Positions 46,035-56,966 of a DNA stretch of 64,000 bases are shown here, in pieces. The translations under genes and the position numbers were made by a program. This stretch comes from an uncultured Gemmatimonadaceae bacterium (GTDB lineage: Bacteria; Gemmatimonadota; Gemmatimonadetes; Gemmatimonadales; GWC2-71-9): assembly GCA_964598655.1 (NCBI GenBank), contig CAZRCT010000002.1, forward strand, positions 904 to 64,903, in the 5' to 3' direction. The notes below the pieces were generated by a model that saw only the letters and a program-made list of their open reading frames with translations, was not told the DNA's origin and did not search any database. Every line of letters starts with the position of its first letter. Within the stretch, counting starts at the first letter, position 1.

Positions 46035-47192
46035 GTGACCGCCATCGTCTGGAAGCCGCGCGAACTGCCCACCCACGGGCAGACCACCCTGCCCCGCCGC
46101 TACTTCACCGACCCCGCCCTGCTGGCCGAGGAAGAGGAGAAGCTCTTCCGGCGCCAGTGGCTCTGCGTGGACCGGGAGGAGAAGGTGGCGAACCCCGGCG
46201 ACTACTTCCTGCTCGAGGTGGCCGGCGAGAGCATCATCATCCTGCGCGACCAGCAGGGCACCGTCCGGGCCTTCTACAACGTCTGCCGCCACCGCGGCAG
46301 CCGGATCTGTGAGGAGCACCAGGGGCAGTTCAGCGAGACCATCCAGTGCCCGTACCACGCCTGGACCTACGGGCTCGATGGCCGCCTCATCGGCGCCCCC
46401 GCCACCCACGACCTCGAGGGCTTCCGGAAGGCCGACTGGCCGCTCAAGGCCGTGCCGCTCGCGTTGTGGGAGGGGTTCATCTTCATCAACCTCGCCGAGA
46501 ACCCCGCCAGCTTCGAGGAGACGCACGCGCCGCTGCTCGGCCGCTTTGCGCGCTTCGCCATGCCGTCGCTCAAGCTCGGCAAGACCATCGAGTACGAGAT
46601 CAAGGCCAACTGGAAGCTCATCGTCCAGAACTACTCCGAGTGCTACCACTGCCCGCTGGTGCACCCCACCCTCACCAAGCGCACCCCGCCCACCCTCGGC
46701 GAGAACGACCTCACCGACGGCCCCTACCTCGGCGGCTACATGATCCTGGCCGAGGATGCGAGGAGCATGACCATGACGGGGCGCGTCTGCGGCGTCCCGG
46801 TGAGCGCGGCGCTGCCCGAGGAGGACCACGACCGGGTGTACTACTACAGCATCATGCCCAACATGCTGCTGAGCCTGCACCCCGACTACGTGATGTTCCA
46901 CGTCCTGTGGCCCGTGGCGGTGGACCGCACCCGGGTCTCCTGCAGCTGGCTCTTCCACCCGGCCACGCTGGCCGATCCCGCCTTCGACATCGAGGACGGC
47001 ACCCGCTTCTGGGACATGACCAACCGCGAGGACTGGCACGTCTGCGAGCTCTCGCAGCAGGGCGTCACCTCGCGGAGCTACACCCCCGGCCCCTACTCGC
47101 GGCGCGAGTCGGTGTCGGCAGCCTTCGACCGGGACTACATCCGGGCCATGGAGCACCCGGCCCAGGTGATCTTCCCCAACCTCGCCGGCTGA
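46035..47192 (+). CDS. Rieske [2Fe-2S] non-haem iron oxygenase alpha subunit
   Basis: 385 aa (GTG start) with the Rieske motif CRHRGSRI-x16-CPYHAW. The mononuclear iron region is NYSECYHCPLVHP, and the catalytic domain is SRPBCC-like. Confidence 0.88.
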   Translation: MTAIVWKPRELPTHGQTTLPRRYFTDPALLAEEEEKLFRRQWLCVDREEKVANPGDYFLLEVAGESIIILRDQQGTVRAFYNVCRHRGSRICEEHQGQFSETIQCPYHAWTYGLDGRLIGAPATHDLEGFRKADWPLKAVPLALWEGFIFINLAENPASFEETHAPLLGRFARFAMPSLKLGKTIEYEIKANWKLIVQNYSECYHCPLVHPTLTKRTPPTLGENDLTDGPYLGGYMILAEDARSMTMTGRVCGVPVSAALPEEDHDRVYYYSIMPNMLLSLHPDYVMFHVLWPVAVDRTRVSCSWLFHPATLADPAFDIEDGTRFWDMTNREDWHVCELSQQGVTSRSYTPGPYSRRESVSAAFDRDYIRAMEHPAQVIFPNLAG

Positions 47193-47212
47193 TGCCGCCG
47201 ACCGGGAACGTC

Positions 47213-47238
47213 AACGGGCCGCCAGGTGGCGGCCCGTT
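47213..47238. terminator. Bidirectional terminator hairpin between the convergent Rieske oxygenase and DUF58 genes
   Basis: AACGGGCCGCC, loop AGGT, GGCGGCCCGTT: a perfect 11-bp stem, extendable by flanking GGGAACG/CGTTCC. Confidence 0.65.
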
Positions 47239-47266
47239 CGTCGTTCCGGGGGGAGGGGGCAGGGCC

Positions 47267-48585
47267 TCAGATCACGCCGCGCCGCTTGAGGCGGTTGTAC
47301 TGGTCCACCACGGCGGCGGCGGCCCCGGCCGGCGGGACGTCGAGCACCAGCACGCCACGGGCGCGCATGTCGGCCAGCGCCTCCTCGCGCGCCTGCAGCA
47401 GTTCCTCGGCGGCCGCGCGCTCGAAGGCCCCGGCCGTGCTGGCCGGCCGGGCGGTGGCGACCAGTTCCAGCGCCGGGTCGCGGAGGGCCACCGTGAGCGG
47501 CACGTGCCGCGGCCGCAGCGCGCCCGCCTGGGCCAGCAGCGCCTCGCTCGCCGTGCGGTCAATGACATCGGTGAAGATCACCGTGAGCGCGCGCTTGCGG
47601 TTCCGGGCGGCCAGGTAGGCAAACGCCGCGGGGTAGTCGGGCTCCACCAGCTTCCCCTCCACCTCGGCCAGGGCATCGAGCACGGTGCGGAGCGCCCGCC
47701 GGCCGCGCGCCGGCGGCACGAACTGCTGCACCGTGTCGGCGAAGGCCATCAGGCCCACGTTGTCGTCGTGCTCCTCGGCGCTGTGCGCCAGCCGCAGCGC
47801 CGCCTCCACCACCGCCTCGAGCCGGGAGCGCCCCTCGGCGTGTTCCGCCGCCAGGGCGCGGCCGCAGTCGATGACGATGAGCACCTGCTGCCGCCGCTCG
47901 TCCTCGTACTGGCGCGCCATCACCTTGCCCCGGCGCGCCGTGGCCTTCCAGTCGATGGTGCGGGTGTCCTCGCCCGGGACCCACTCCTTGAGGCTCTCGA
48001 ACATCCGCCCCTCGCCGATCCGCCGCACGGCGCGGAAGCCCGCCTCCCGGCGGCGCTGGGCCTGGGTGGGCAGCGAGCGGAGTGACGCGCCCACGAGGTT
48101 CGGATACACCGTGGCGCGCCACGGCGCCTCCCGGCGCACCTGGCGCCACGCCAGGCCCCACGGGCCGAGCAGCCGGAGCGCCAGCGTGCCCCCGTCCGCC
48201 CGGCCGCGGTGGAGCGGCACCAGTTCGAGCTCCTCCTCGAACACTTTCCCGGGCGGCAGCGTGAGCGCGCGCTCCCGCGGCCCCGCCACCGGCGCCGGCC
48301 ACTGCTCCCGCACCAGCACCGTGAGCAAACGCGGGAGCGGGTGCGACCAGCGATACGTCACGGGCAGCGGCCGCCCCACCGAGAAGGCCGGCGGCGCCAG
48401 GCGCTCCACGGCCGGCACCGCGTCCGGGAGTCCCGCCAGCCGCCACGCCTCCACGACGAACGCCAGCACCCACAGCACGTCCGCGAGCAGCAGCACCAGC
48501 GCGGCCCACGGCCACACCAGCGCCAGCGGCGCCACGAGGGCGAGCGCCGCCGCCACCAGGTACCAGCGCCGGGACGGCAGGTAGA

Positions 48586-48589
<4 letters not shown>
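47267..48589 (-). CDS. DUF58 protein (vWA-like, MoxR-associated)
   Basis: 440 aa with two N-terminal TM helices, then the DUF58 pattern (G.MFESLKEWVPGEDTRTIDWKATARRGKVMARQYEDERRQQVLIVID). Confidence 0.8.
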
Positions 48590-49544
<955 letters not shown>

Positions 49545-49566
<22 letters not shown>

Positions 49567-50747
49567 AGGTCCTCCACGGCAGTGGCGGCCCGGAGCACGC
49601 CGTCGGCGTCCTGCCCGGGCCTGGTGAGTGCCTGCAACGTCTTCGTCTCCGCCTGCGCGCGCGGGGTGCGCGCGTGCTCCTGCAGCTGGCGGAGCCACGG
49701 GCCGGGGTCGCCCCGGACCCGCGCGGCGGGGTTGAGGCGGCGGCGGAGCCCGCGCAGCATGGCCTGGATGGCCACGTCGTGCCCGCGCGCCGCCGCGAGC
49801 GCCGTGGCCAGCGCGCGCACGTGCTCCAACGACGACCGGCGCCGCCGCCCCCCCAGCCGGCGCACGGGCCCGAAGCGGATGGCCCCCGCCAGGAGCACCA
49901 GCAGCCCCACGCCGGCCAGCTGCCACGCCGCCCACCCGAGCGGCGACCGCCAGCTCCACGCGAGTACCGCGTCCCCCAGCGAGCCCCCGGCGCCGAAGCC
50001 CTGGCTCGTCTCCTCGAACACCACCCGGTCATACCGCCCCAGGAAGAGGCCCAGGGCAAAGGGACCGGCCGCGGTCTCCCGGAGCGCGCGGTTGCGGAGC
50101 AGCCCGGCATCCGCCAGCGCGAGCACGCTCCGCGTGCCGTCCGCCAGCCACAGCCGGACCGCCACCACCCGCCCCGACCGCGTCGCCAGCAGCGTGTCCG
50201 CCCGGGTCACCGCCGGGACCACGCAGCGCGAGGTCCCCGCGTCCTCGAGGCGGCTCGAGTCGGCGAGCTCCACCTGGGCGTGGGCGGCCAGGACCGCCTC
50301 CACCTTCGGCCACACCCCGGCCCCGGCCACCGCGAGGCTGTCCGCGCCGCGCCAGTCCACCGCGAGGCCGTAGCACTTGAGCGCCCCGTCGGCCCCGCGG
50401 CCGGCCAGCACGAGGTCCCGCCCCGGCCGTTCCTCGGCCCACGCCACGTACCGCGTCACCTCCTCGGGCGAGGGCACCAGCATGGGATCCGCGAGCACCA
50501 GCGCGGTACGGAGCGAGTCCTCGGCGGCGGGCAGGCGGCGCGCGCCGGTCCGGTGCCGGCGCACGTCCACGCCGAGGCGGGTGAGCGCCTCGGCCAGGCC
50601 GCGGGTCCCGTACGGCCCGGCCAGGTAGCTCGAGGCGCGATGGTCGGCGGTGCCGCCGCGGTTCTCGCGCCCGCCGAGCGCGGCCGCCACCGTCGCGAGC
50701 AGCGCCAGCGACGCCACCCCGACCAGGGCCTCAGTGCGCGCCCGCAT
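49545..50747 (-). CDS. DUF4350-like membrane-anchored protein
   Basis: 400 aa with N-terminal and late TM segments. It sits immediately upstream of MoxR, as in the conserved cluster. Assigned mainly by context. Confidence 0.5.
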
Positions 50748-51348
50748 ATCGTCCCACGTCGCTGCGCGCGCGCCAGGCCGCCACCTCGTCGGCGGTCACG
50801 GCCGCCCCACCGAAGGCCACGCGGTAGAGCCCCCGCACCAGCTCGCGGAACTCGCCCCGGGCCGCCTCCCCGAGCCGGGCCTCGCGGGCGTACTCCGCCG
50901 GCGTCTTGCTCGGGTGGTAGCGCACCAGGGCCCGCTGGTCCAGCTCGAGCGCGAGGGCCAGGAAGTCCGCCTGCATGGCGAGGGCGTGCCGCCCGGCGGC
51001 CGCATGGCGCTCGGCCTCGGCACGGAACCAGCGCGCGTCCCGCCGCGCCGGCGCGTCGGCGAGCCGGGCCTCGGCGGGCCGCTGGGCCGCACGCAAGGTC
51101 TGCACGAGGACGTAGGCGGCGTGCACCAGGATCGCCACCACGATGGTGACGAGCACCCAGAACACCACCGCGTAGAGGGCGGGATTGGTCTGCTTGAGGT
51201 CGAAGAGCCAGTCCACCAGGGCCCGCCACCAGCGGGCGAGGAACGCCAGCGGGTGTGGCCGCACCTGCCAGTCGTAGGCCGGGGCGGCGAAGACCGTGTC
51301 CAGCACGGCGCGCAGCGAGTCGGCGGCGGGCGGGGCCTGCGGGATCAT
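50731..51348 (-). CDS. DUF4129-like protein
   Basis: 205 aa from the ATG at 51348 with one central TM helix (YAVVFWVLVTIVVAILVHAAYV). The C-terminal helical domain carries the PSKTPAEYARE motif typical of DUF4129. Confidence 0.55.
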   Translation of the reverse strand: MIPQAPPAADSLRAVLDTVFAAPAYDWQVRPHPLAFLARWWRALVDWLFDLKQTNPALYAVVFWVLVTIVVAILVHAAYVLVQTLRAAQRPAEARLADAPARRDARWFRAEAERHAAAGRHALAMQADFLALALELDQRALVRYHPSKTPAEYAREARLGEAARGEFRELVRGLYRVAFGGAAVTADEVAAWRARSDVGRYAGAH

Positions 51349-51350
51349 CG

Positions 51351-52118
51351 TCAGGCGTTGCCCAGGTCGGCGGCGAGCACCTCGAGGTCGTACGCCTCCT
51401 TGCGGACGCGGAGATCGTAATACAGCACCGTGAGCACGGCGTACAGGAAGGGATAGATCAGCGTCTGGATGACCGCCGCCAGCGCCACCGCCAGCAGCCC
51501 CTCGGAGGTCAGCCCGGCCGTGGCCTCGACGGGGCTGCGGGTCACCATGAACACGCCGAGCGCCGTGAAGGGCAGGACGATCAGGGTGAGGACCACCATC
51601 ATGGCCACGAACACCCGGAAGCGGGACCCGCGCGACAGCGACCACGCCCGCCCCATCGCATCCACCGCCCCCGGCAGGTCCTCGAGCACCAGCGCGGGCG
51701 TGGCCAGGACCAGCCCCGGCAGCAGGAGGAAGAACGGCACCACCAGCAGCAGGACCCCGAAGCCGAGCAGCAGCGTGGACAGCAGCGCCAGGAGGATGAG
51801 CCGCCCGATGAAGGGCGTGGAGCGGGCGAAGGCCGCCCTCGCCGTCAGCGGCCGCCCGAGGTAGTTCTCCGCGATCACGAACGTCGACGCCGCGGCCGCC
51901 ACCGCCCCGAGCACCACGTTGAGCAGCAGGTTCAGGCCGTACAGGAGCGGCTCCGCCAGCAGCCCGCCCGCGCTCTCGACGTACACCTCGATGACCAGTG
52001 GCACCGCCCGGGTGGCGAGCGTGACCAGGAGCAGCGGCGTGAACAGCGTGCGGTACAGCCCGAACGAGACGTCCAGCACCTCCCCGAGGGAGAGCGGCTT
52101 GAGGACCGGCGCGGCCAT
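51351..52118 (-). CDS. Polytopic membrane protein (GDPD-membrane-domain / DUF-type, cluster-associated)
   Basis: 255 aa from the ATG at 52118 (MAAPVLKPLSLGEVLDVSFGLYR) with about 6 TM helices. The C-terminal end YYDLRVRKEAYDLE is typical of this uncharacterised family. Confidence 0.55.
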   Translation of the reverse strand: MAAPVLKPLSLGEVLDVSFGLYRTLFTPLLLVTLATRAVPLVIEVYVESAGGLLAEPLLYGLNLLLNVVLGAVAAAASTFVIAENYLGRPLTARAAFARSTPFIGRLILLALLSTLLLGFGVLLLVVPFFLLLPGLVLATPALVLEDLPGAVDAMGRAWSLSRGSRFRVFVAMMVVLTLIVLPFTALGVFMVTRSPVEATAGLTSEGLLAVALAAVIQTLIYPFLYAVLTVLYYDLRVRKEAYDLEVLAADLGNA

Positions 52119-52221
52119 GCCGAGGAACTCCGGGGCAGGGGGATGCAGCAAGATGCGCCCGGCCCGGGCCCTTGGGAAGTGAACCACGGATGCCGTACAT
52201 TGAAGGAGCCACGCACCCCCG

Positions 52222-54018
52222 ATGACCACGCCGACCGGCTACCGCCAGCACCTCGAGGTCGAGACCCCCGAACTCGTCGTCATCGACTACGAGATCGCCG
52301 GGCTCGGCTCACGGGCGCTGGCCGCCATCTATGACGCGGTCCTCCTGGTCCTCGGCACCATCGCGCTGGTGCTGGCGGTGGGCCTGCTGGACCTCGGCCG
52401 GAACGCCGCCGTCATGGCGGTCCTCTTCGTGGCCTACTTCGCCACCCTCTGGGGCTATTTCGCCTTCTTCGAGGCGTTCTGGCATGGCCAGACCCCGGGG
52501 AAGCGCCGCGTCGGCATCCGGGTCATCCGCGACAGCGGCCACCCCGTCACGCTCGGCGCCGCCGCCCTCCGAAACCTCCTTCGCATCGCCGACTTCATGC
52601 CCGCCGGCTACCTGCTCGGCGGCGTCCTCGTGGGCCTCCACCCGACCGCCAAGCGGCTCGGTGACCTCGTGGCCGGCACCATCGTCGTGCGTGACCGCCC
52701 GCACGAGGCCGTGGCGCCGGTCGCGGTCCCTACCGTCACGGGGGTGGAGGCGGCGGGGCTCCCCCAGCTCGCCGATGATGAATTCCGGCTGCTGCGCGAG
52801 TTCGCCGAGCGCGCCCCGGCCCTCCCGCCCGACGTCCGCGACCGCCTCGCCGCCAACCTCGTGCAGCGCTTCGCCGCCCGCTACCCGGTGCGCCCGCCCG
52901 AGCCGCTCAGCTTCCTCACCTGGCTCCTCGCCGACGAGACGGCCCGCCGCCAGGGCCGCTTCGGGGGCCGCTCCGCCGCACCGGCGGGGGCCTCGGACCA
53001 GGCGCCGTCGGGCGGCGTGGCCGAGCGCCTCGTGGCACGCCAGGCCACGCGCTGGGCCGAGTTCGAGCAGCTCGCCACCCGCGCCGCCACCGCCGGCCTC
53101 GACAGCTTTGCCGCCGCCGAACTGCCGGACTTCGCGGCCCGCTACCGGGAGATCGCCGCGGACCTGGCCCGCGCCCGCACCTACCGGGCACCGGCCCCGG
53201 TGCGCAGCCGCCTCGAGCGGCTCGTGGCGGCCGGCCACAATGCGCTCTACCGCGACGAGCGGCGCGCGGGGCGCTGGCTGTGGGAGTTCCTCACCCGGGA
53301 GTGCCCGGCCAGCATCCTGGTGGCGTGGCGCACCGTGCTCGTGGCGTTCGTCACCTTCGCGCTCCCCGCGGTCGCGGGCTACCTGCTGCTGGTGGAGCAG
53401 CCGGGACTCGCGGAGGAGGTGCTGCCGCCGGTGATGCTGGAGCGCGCGGAGGCGGGCCGGGAGCGGGTCCAGGCGGGACGCGGCTACTACGAGGCCGAGG
53501 CCGAGGTGCGGCCGCTGGTGGCCTCCCAGATCATGACCAACAACATCAAGGTGGCGCTGGTCTGCTTCGCGGCGGGGATCTTCGCTGGCGTGGGCTCGCT
53601 GCTGCTGCTGGCCTTCAACGGGCTGTACCTGGGCTCGGCCACGGGGCACTTCGCGAACGTGGGGCTGGCGGGCTACCTCTGGACCTTCGTGGTGGGACAC
53701 GGGGTGCTCGAGCTCTTCGCCATCTGGCTCGCGGGCGCGGCGGGGTTCCTGCTGGGCCGCGCCCTCCTCAACCCCGGCGACTACCGGCGGAGCGACGCGC
53801 TGGTGCTCGCCGGCCGGCTCGGCGTCCGGCTGGTCGGGGCCACGGTCGTGCTGCTCGTGTTCGCGGGGTTGATCGAGGGCTTCGTGTCGGCGAGCGAGGT
53901 CCCGCTCCCCTACCGCCTGGCCGTGAGCGGGGCGAGCGCCGTGCTGTTGCTGCTCTTCCTCGCGAACGGCTGGCCGGCCCGCGCCCAGGTCCGGGCGCTC
54001 CTCGGGCCCGAGGGCTGA
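52222..54018 (+). CDS. RDD-domain / SpoIIM (DUF95)-like membrane protein fusion
   Basis: 598 aa. The N-terminal ~160 aa are RDD family (GQTPGKRRVGIRVIRDSG, AALRNLLRIADF). A helical linker follows. The C-terminal ~230 aa are SpoIIM-like (NNIKVALVCFAAGI, FNGLYLG, GHGVLELFAIWLAGAAG). Confidence 0.7.
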   Translation: MTTPTGYRQHLEVETPELVVIDYEIAGLGSRALAAIYDAVLLVLGTIALVLAVGLLDLGRNAAVMAVLFVAYFATLWGYFAFFEAFWHGQTPGKRRVGIRVIRDSGHPVTLGAAALRNLLRIADFMPAGYLLGGVLVGLHPTAKRLGDLVAGTIVVRDRPHEAVAPVAVPTVTGVEAAGLPQLADDEFRLLREFAERAPALPPDVRDRLAANLVQRFAARYPVRPPEPLSFLTWLLADETARRQGRFGGRSAAPAGASDQAPSGGVAERLVARQATRWAEFEQLATRAATAGLDSFAAAELPDFAARYREIAADLARARTYRAPAPVRSRLERLVAAGHNALYRDERRAGRWLWEFLTRECPASILVAWRTVLVAFVTFALPAVAGYLLLVEQPGLAEEVLPPVMLERAEAGRERVQAGRGYYEAEAEVRPLVASQIMTNNIKVALVCFAAGIFAGVGSLLLLAFNGLYLGSATGHFANVGLAGYLWTFVVGHGVLELFAIWLAGAAGFLLGRALLNPGDYRRSDALVLAGRLGVRLVGATVVLLVFAGLIEGFVSASEVPLPYRLAVSGASAVLLLLFLANGWPARAQVRALLGPEG

Positions 54019-54022
54019 CGGG

Positions 54023-54241
54023 TCAGGTCTCCCGCAGGATGGTCCGCATCCGGACCGCCAGCGCCTCGATCTCGCGCAGGCTCGTCAGCGTCTCGGAATC
54101 CAGCCGCGATTCGTTGAGCAGGAGGAGTTGCGTCTCCGCCAGCAGCGCGGAGAGGGGATTGGACAGGTCGTGGCGCAGCTTGTGGAACTTGTCGCTCTCA
54201 GCGGTCACGGTGCGAGGCCCGGGCTGGGGGGGAGCGGGCAT
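54023..54241 (-). CDS. 72-aa stand-alone HisKA-like (dimerisation/phosphoacceptor) protein
   Basis: From the ATG at 54241: MPAPPQPGPRTVTAESDKFHKLRHDLSNPLSALLAETQLLLLNE...; the H-box HDLSNPLSAL and two predicted helices are present. There is no sensor or ATPase domain. Confidence 0.5.
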   Translation of the reverse strand: MPAPPQPGPRTVTAESDKFHKLRHDLSNPLSALLAETQLLLLNESRLDSETLTSLREIEALAVRMRTILRET

Positions 54242-54303
54242 GGCGAGGGTGGTGGCCGGAATATATGTCAGCGGGTGCCCGGCGACACCCCGGGGGCGCG
54301 CCC

Positions 54304-55461
54304 CTATGGCTGGAAGGGGACCGGCACGAAGGTCAGGACGAAGACGCCCACGCACACCCAGCCAACGAGTTGCCGGGGCCACGGCACGGGCCGCTCGGGG
54401 TGCAGCACCGAGGGGTGGGTCCAGCGCCACCCGCCCACCAGCAGCGTCAGCGCCACCCACACCAGCCACGCCACCCAGTAATGGGAGAGGTAGAGCAGCC
54501 CGAGGATCGCCACCAGCCCGAGCGGCGCCTGCTTGCGGCCCAGCAGGCTGTAGGAGACGTGGCCGCCATCGAGCTGGGAGAGGGGCAGCAGGTTGAGGCC
54601 GGTGATGAGCGCCCCCGCCCACCCCGCAAAGGCCGGGAGGCTGAGGCGGAGCGACGCCACCCCCGGGAAGAAGTGCTCCCGGAAGAGCGCGGTCAGGTAC
54701 GAGTCCCCGAGCGCCAGCGGACTGCCGCCCAGCTCGATGAACGTGCGCCCGTAGCCGAGGCCCTCGCCGAACGGCGTGGAACTGGCGTAGCCCCAGTAGA
54801 GCACGCCGAGCGTCACCACGAAGCCGGCGAGGGGCCCGCCGGCCCCCACGTCGAGCAGCTGGAGCCGGTCCACCACCGGGGACCGCAGCTTGAGGAACGC
54901 GCCCAGGCTGCCGATGGGCGAGAGGGTGGGCGGGATCGGCAGCAGGAAGGGGGGCGACACGTCGATGGAGTACCGGGCCGCCCGGACGTAATGCCCCAGC
55001 TCGTGGACCAGCAGGATGCCGAGCAGCGAGGCGGCAAAGGGCCAGCCGCTCAGGAGGACCCCGGGGGGCTGGCGGAGAAAGTCCGGCAGGAAGGCCGCCG
55101 CCGCGCGCAGGATGCCGAAGAACCCGCTCCCGTAGGGCGGATGGTAGGTGCCGGCCAGGGTGGCCCCGGCCCCGAGGGCACAGGCCGCCGTGGCCACGAG
55201 CAGGAAGAGGTGGAGCACCCAGCGCTCCCGGCGGGGGAGGCCGACGGGCCGCACCAGGACCAGCTCACTGCGGTCCGGCCGGGTGAAGTAGGCGGCGTGG
55301 TGCCAGCGGCCGAGGGCGGTCCGGAGGTCGGGCGAGGGGCCGCGGTGGGCGGGGGCCACGAGGCCCTCCACCACCTCCCGGTTTCCGGCCCGGATGACCC
55401 GCCACGTCAGGAAACAGCGCGTCAGCTCATCCACGGGAACCCTTGACGGTCCAGCCGGCAA
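54304..55461 (-). CDS. Site-2 protease family (M50) membrane metalloprotease
   Basis: 385 aa, polytopic, with the HExxH motif [10 protein letters not shown] and a downstream LDGG-type motif (LSQLDGGHV). Confidence 0.8.
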   Translation of the reverse strand: MPAGPSRVPVDELTRCFLTWRVIRAGNREVVEGLVAPAHRGPSPDLRTALGRWHHAAYFTRPDRSELVLVRPVGLPRRERWVLHLFLLVATAACALGAGATLAGTYHPPYGSGFFGILRAAAAFLPDFLRQPPGVLLSGWPFAASLLGILLVHELGHYVRAARYSIDVSPPFLLPIPPTLSPIGSLGAFLKLRSPVVDRLQLLDVGAGGPLAGFVVTLGVLYWGYASSTPFGEGLGYGRTFIELGGSPLALGDSYLTALFREHFFPGVASLRLSLPAFAGWAGALITGLNLLPLSQLDGGHVSYSLLGRKQAPLGLVAILGLLYLSHYWVAWLVWVALTLLVGGWRWTHPSVLHPERPVPWPRQLVGWVCVGVFVLTFVPVPFQP

Positions 55462-55471
55462 ATTCTATTAT
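55443..55471 (+). promoter_or_regulatory. Candidate sigma70-type promoter for rho
   Basis: TTGACG (55443-55448), exactly 17 nt, TATTAT (55466-55471). It would give a leader of about 200 nt before the rho start at 55679. Confidence 0.5.
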
Positions 55472-55630
55472 GGGGCGCTCCTGCGATGGTCCTGTACTCG
55501 CCCGGTAGTCCCTTCATCGTCACAATCCGAGCACTCGCGGGCCGCCCGGCCCGTCGTCCACTTTCGACCCCGTAATCATTTGCCTGCCCCCAAGGCTCGT
55601 CCGCCCGCGCAGCAGCGGGCCGCTTCCCCC

Positions 55631-55675
55631 GAGCGGAGCACTCCCGAGCGGAGCACCCCAGAGCGGAGCACCTCA
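55631..55675 (+). repeat. Three tandem 15-bp units immediately upstream of the rho start
   Basis: GAGCGGAGCACTCCC / GAGCGGAGCACCCCA / GAGCGGAGCACCTCA. Confidence 0.9.
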
Positions 55676-55678
55676 CCT

Positions 55679-56929
55679 GTGGATATCGCCGAGCTCAAGC
55701 AGAAGTCGGTCGGCGAGCTGCATCAGCTGGCCGAACAGCTCAACATCACCAACTACTCGGGCCTCCGCAAGCAGGACCTGATCTTCCGGATCGAGCAGAC
55801 GCTGCTCGACCAGGACACGGTCATCCGCGGCGAGGGCGTCCTTGAGATCCTGCCCGAGGGCTACGGGTTCCTCCGCAGCCAGGACTGGAACTATCTCTAT
55901 GGGCCCGACGACATCTACGTCAGCCCGAGCCAGATCAAGCGCTTCGACCTACGCACCGGCGACACGGTGATGGGGCAGGTCCGGCCCCCCAAGGAGGGCG
56001 AGCGCTACCTGGCCCTCCTCAAGGTGGAGAGCGTCAACTACGAGGAGCCGGAGAAGACCAAGCACCGGATCGCCTTCGACAACCTGCGCCCGCGCTACCC
56101 CGACCGGCGCATCGTGCTGGAGCGGAAGACCACCAGCGACCTCTCCATGCGCGTGGTGGACCTGCTCTCCCCGATCGGCAAGGGCCAGCGCGGCCTGATC
56201 GTCGCCCCGCCCAAGGCGGGCAAGACGATCCTGATGCAGAAGCTGGCCAACGCCATCAGCGAGAACCACCCCGAGGTCGTCCTCATCGTGCTGCTCATCG
56301 ACGAGCGGCCCGAGGAAGTGACCGACATGCAGGAAAACGTCAAGGCGGAGGTCATCTCCTCCACCTTCGACGAGCCGGCCGACCGCCACGTGCAGGTGGC
56401 CGACATGGTCATCGAGAAGGCCAAGCGCCTCGTGGAGCACGGCCGGGACGTGGTCATCCTCCTCGATTCCATCACCCGCCTGGCCCGCGCGCACAACGTG
56501 GTCGTGCCCCACTCGGGCAAGATCCTCTCGGGCGGTGTCGACGCCAACGCGCTCCAGAAGCCCAAGCGCTTCTTCGGCGCGGCGCGCAACATCGAGGGCG
56601 GTGGCTCGCTCACCATCATCGCCACGGCGCTCATCGACACCGGCAGCCGCATGGACGAGGTGATCTTCGAGGAGTTCAAGGGCACCGGCAACATGGAGCT
56701 GGTCCTCGACCGGCGCCTGGCCGACCGCCGCATCTACCCGGCCATCGACATCCAGCGCACCAGCACCCGCAAGGAAGAGCTCCTCATGGACAAGGACGAG
56801 CTCAACCGCGTCTACCTGCTGCGCAACTTCCTGGCCGACATGCCGCCCGTGGAAGCCCTCGAGTTCCTGCTCGAGCGCATGAAGCGGACCAAGTCCAACA
56901 AGGAATTCTTCGCGACGATGGCGCAGTAG
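55679..56929 (+). CDS. rho: Transcription termination factor Rho
   Basis: The GTG start at 55679 ([19 protein letters not shown]) aligns with the very N-terminus of enterobacterial Rho (MNLTELK...), giving 416 aa. It has Walker A APPKAGKT and motifs [14 protein letters not shown] and [33 protein letters not shown]. Confidence 0.93.
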   Translation: MDIAELKQKSVGELHQLAEQLNITNYSGLRKQDLIFRIEQTLLDQDTVIRGEGVLEILPEGYGFLRSQDWNYLYGPDDIYVSPSQIKRFDLRTGDTVMGQVRPPKEGERYLALLKVESVNYEEPEKTKHRIAFDNLRPRYPDRRIVLERKTTSDLSMRVVDLLSPIGKGQRGLIVAPPKAGKTILMQKLANAISENHPEVVLIVLLIDERPEEVTDMQENVKAEVISSTFDEPADRHVQVADMVIEKAKRLVEHGRDVVILLDSITRLARAHNVVVPHSGKILSGGVDANALQKPKRFFGAARNIEGGGSLTIIATALIDTGSRMDEVIFEEFKGTGNMELVLDRRLADRRIYPAIDIQRTSTRKEELLMDKDELNRVYLLRNFLADMPPVEALEFLLERMKRTKSNKEFFATMAQ

Positions 56930-56966
56930 GGCAGCCGGGCGCCGTCGACAGGGACCGCTGATCGAG

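Noticed and set aside
55631-55675. Possible CRISPR-like or minisatellite array
   Set aside because: There are only three directly abutting 15-bp units, with no spacers and no cas genes. It is a short tandem repeat, not a CRISPR array.
55394-55678. 95-codon N-terminal extension of Rho containing [15 protein letters not shown] (a possible Rho N-terminal insertion domain)
   Set aside because: The ATG at 55394 lies inside the divergent M50 protease gene and upstream of a near-consensus promoter (55443-55471). The alignment to canonical Rho begins exactly at VDIAELK (GTG 55679). An intermediate non-ATG start cannot be excluded; this is noted in the rho-leader finding.
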